DNA of 56,796 nucleotides from a virus: IMG/VR virus record IMGVR_UViG_3300042261_000652, positions 64,001 to 120,796 of that record; one strand, 5' to 3'. Shown piece by piece: positions 56,040 to 56,796 of this stretch (position 1 is its first letter; each line of letters starts with the position of its first letter). The notes under the pieces were generated by a model. It saw only the letters and a program-made list of their open reading frames with translations, ran no database searches and was not told where the DNA came from. The position numbers and the translations under genes were made by a program.

Positions 56040-56796
56040 ATGGCAATTAATGTAGATAGTGGATTTAAGGTGACTTCAGCAGGTCCATCCGATGTAAAAT
56101 CGGTATGGGCATCTACTGCTAGTTTATATTCGACTCCTGCCTCACCATCGGGATATATTTCGGCTTCTTGGAGATATGTCGGAATGACTGTATTTTGTCA
56201 AGATGTGGGAAGCCAATATCAACTCCTCGGCGGAACTGATGACAGTAATTGGATTAGAATTACAAGTGGAAGTCAATACATTTCGGCTTCATTCGCAGTT
56301 AATTTGCCAACGACTGCATCGTGGGCATCGTATGCAACTTCTGCATCATTTGCAACAAGTGCATCTCTTGCGACCCTTGCAACATCTGCGGCTTCTGCAT
56401 CATTCGCAACAAGCGCATCATTTGCGACCCTTGCAACTTCTGCGGCTTCTGCATCATATGCGGCAAGTGCATCTCTTGCAACTTCTGCGACTTCTGCGAC
56501 TTCTGCATCATATGCGACAAGTGCATCTCTTGCAGCCCTCGCAACTTCTGCGACTTCTGCATCATTTGCAACAAGTGCATCTCTTGCAGCCCTCGCAACT
56601 TCTGCGACTTCTGCATCATATGCGACTTCTGCATCATTTGCAACAAGTGCATCTCTTGCAGCCCTCGCAACTTCTGCGACTTCTGCATCATATGCGACAA
56701 GTGCATCTCTTGCAGCCCTCGCAACTTCTGCGACTTCTGCATCATTTGCAACAAGTGCATCTCTTGCAGCCCTCGCAACTTCTGCGACTTCTGCAT
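56040..56796 (+). CDS. Tail-fibre-like protein, 3'-truncated by the window edge, with 18-aa 'TSASYATSASLAALATSA' repeats
   Basis: ATG at 56040. The + frame is open to the window end and encodes Ser/Ala/Thr repeats consistent with the upstream fibre gene. The track's minus-strand ORF 56299-56796 is the low-complexity antisense of the same repeat. Confidence 0.55.
   Translation, partial: MAINVDSGFKVTSAGPSDVKSVWASTASLYSTPASPSGYISASWRYVGMTVFCQDVGSQYQLLGGTDDSNWIRITSGSQYISASFAVNLPTTASWASYATSASFATSASLATLATSAASASFATSASFATLATSAASASYAASASLATSATSATSASYATSASLAALATSATSASFATSASLAALATSATSASYATSASFATSASLAALATSATSASYATSASLAALATSATSASFATSASLAALATSATSA
56334..56796 (+). repeat. 54-bp tandem repeat array (8 or more units, continuing past the window end) inside the fibre gene
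   Basis: Unit gcgacttctgcatcatatgcgacaagtgcatctcttgcagccctcgcaacttct with variants; one unit carries an 18-bp internal duplication. Confidence 0.8.

Noticed and set aside
56299-56796. 165-aa minus-strand ORF 'MQKSQKLRGLQEMHL...' with striking internal repeats
   Set aside because: It is the antisense reading of the 54-bp tandem repeat. The plus strand is open from the ATG at 56040 to the window edge and encodes Ser/Ala fibre repeats matching the upstream fibre gene. The minus ORF is a repeat-induced artefact.
1-56796. tRNA or other structured RNA genes in intergenic gaps
   Set aside because: I checked the larger gaps by eye (9502-9704, 18317-18528, 25996-26246, 29567-29712, 32160-32325) and saw no cloverleaf-compatible segments with a GTTC/TPsiC-like arm or CCA-adjacent acceptor pairing. 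Without a scanner this is a weak negative.

Overview
This 56.8-kb window reads as part of an AT-rich, T4-like myovirus genome or prophage. Most genes lack a Shine-Dalgarno sequence. No searches were run. Every functional call is a motif-level reading of the supplied translations plus recalled family signatures (T4 gp17, gp20, gp21, gp23, gp46; ADP-ribosyltransferase, Tpt1, ParB, Vsr, NUDIX, GH24, IMPDH).

Recognisable core, left to right:
- 3' end of a Rad50/SbcC-like ATPase (gp46-like).
- Large terminase (gp17-like).
- Portal (gp20-like).
- Three unknown genes, then a gp21-like prohead protease.
- An 11.5-kb accessory island.
- A Pro/Ala-repeat scaffold-like protein, followed by a gp23-like major capsid protein with a textbook rho-independent terminator.
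- A second ~21-kb accessory island.
- Tail and fibre genes (three Ser/Ala 'ASYA'-repeat fibre-like proteins) at the 3' end, the last truncated by the window edge.

Terminase, portal and prohead protease each carry an intein (LAGLIDADG, HNH and LAGLIDADG endonuclease domains respectively).

Two lineage-specific systems stand out.

(1) At least 13 otherwise unrelated proteins (33.4-49.6 kb) all begin with M-I-K-L-K-x-L-(L/I/M)-x-E. This looks like a capsid-targeting leader ending in a T4-type prohead-protease (L/I-x-E) cleavage site. It implies a greatly expanded set of virion-packaged, probably injected, effectors. The set includes:
- three proteins with the H-Y-E ADP-ribosyltransferase/Tpt1 'YHGT' signature;
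- an HExxH metallopeptidase;
- a ParB-like nuclease-fold protein.
Adjacent to these, but without the leader, is a NUDIX-lysozyme fusion gene.

(2) A translationally coupled tandem array of nine paralogs (19.97-23.63 kb) shares the N-terminus MK(I/T)RxxFVSNSSSSSF. It lies downstream of the only consensus sigma70-like promoter seen.

Other notable items:
- Vsr-like PD-(D/E)xK Zn-finger endonucleases, one fused to a DNA methyltransferase.
- An IMPDH/GMP-reductase-family gene.
- Perfect palindromes centred on two start codons.
- A recurrent ATATTTATAA upstream motif.
- Several tandem DNA repeats.
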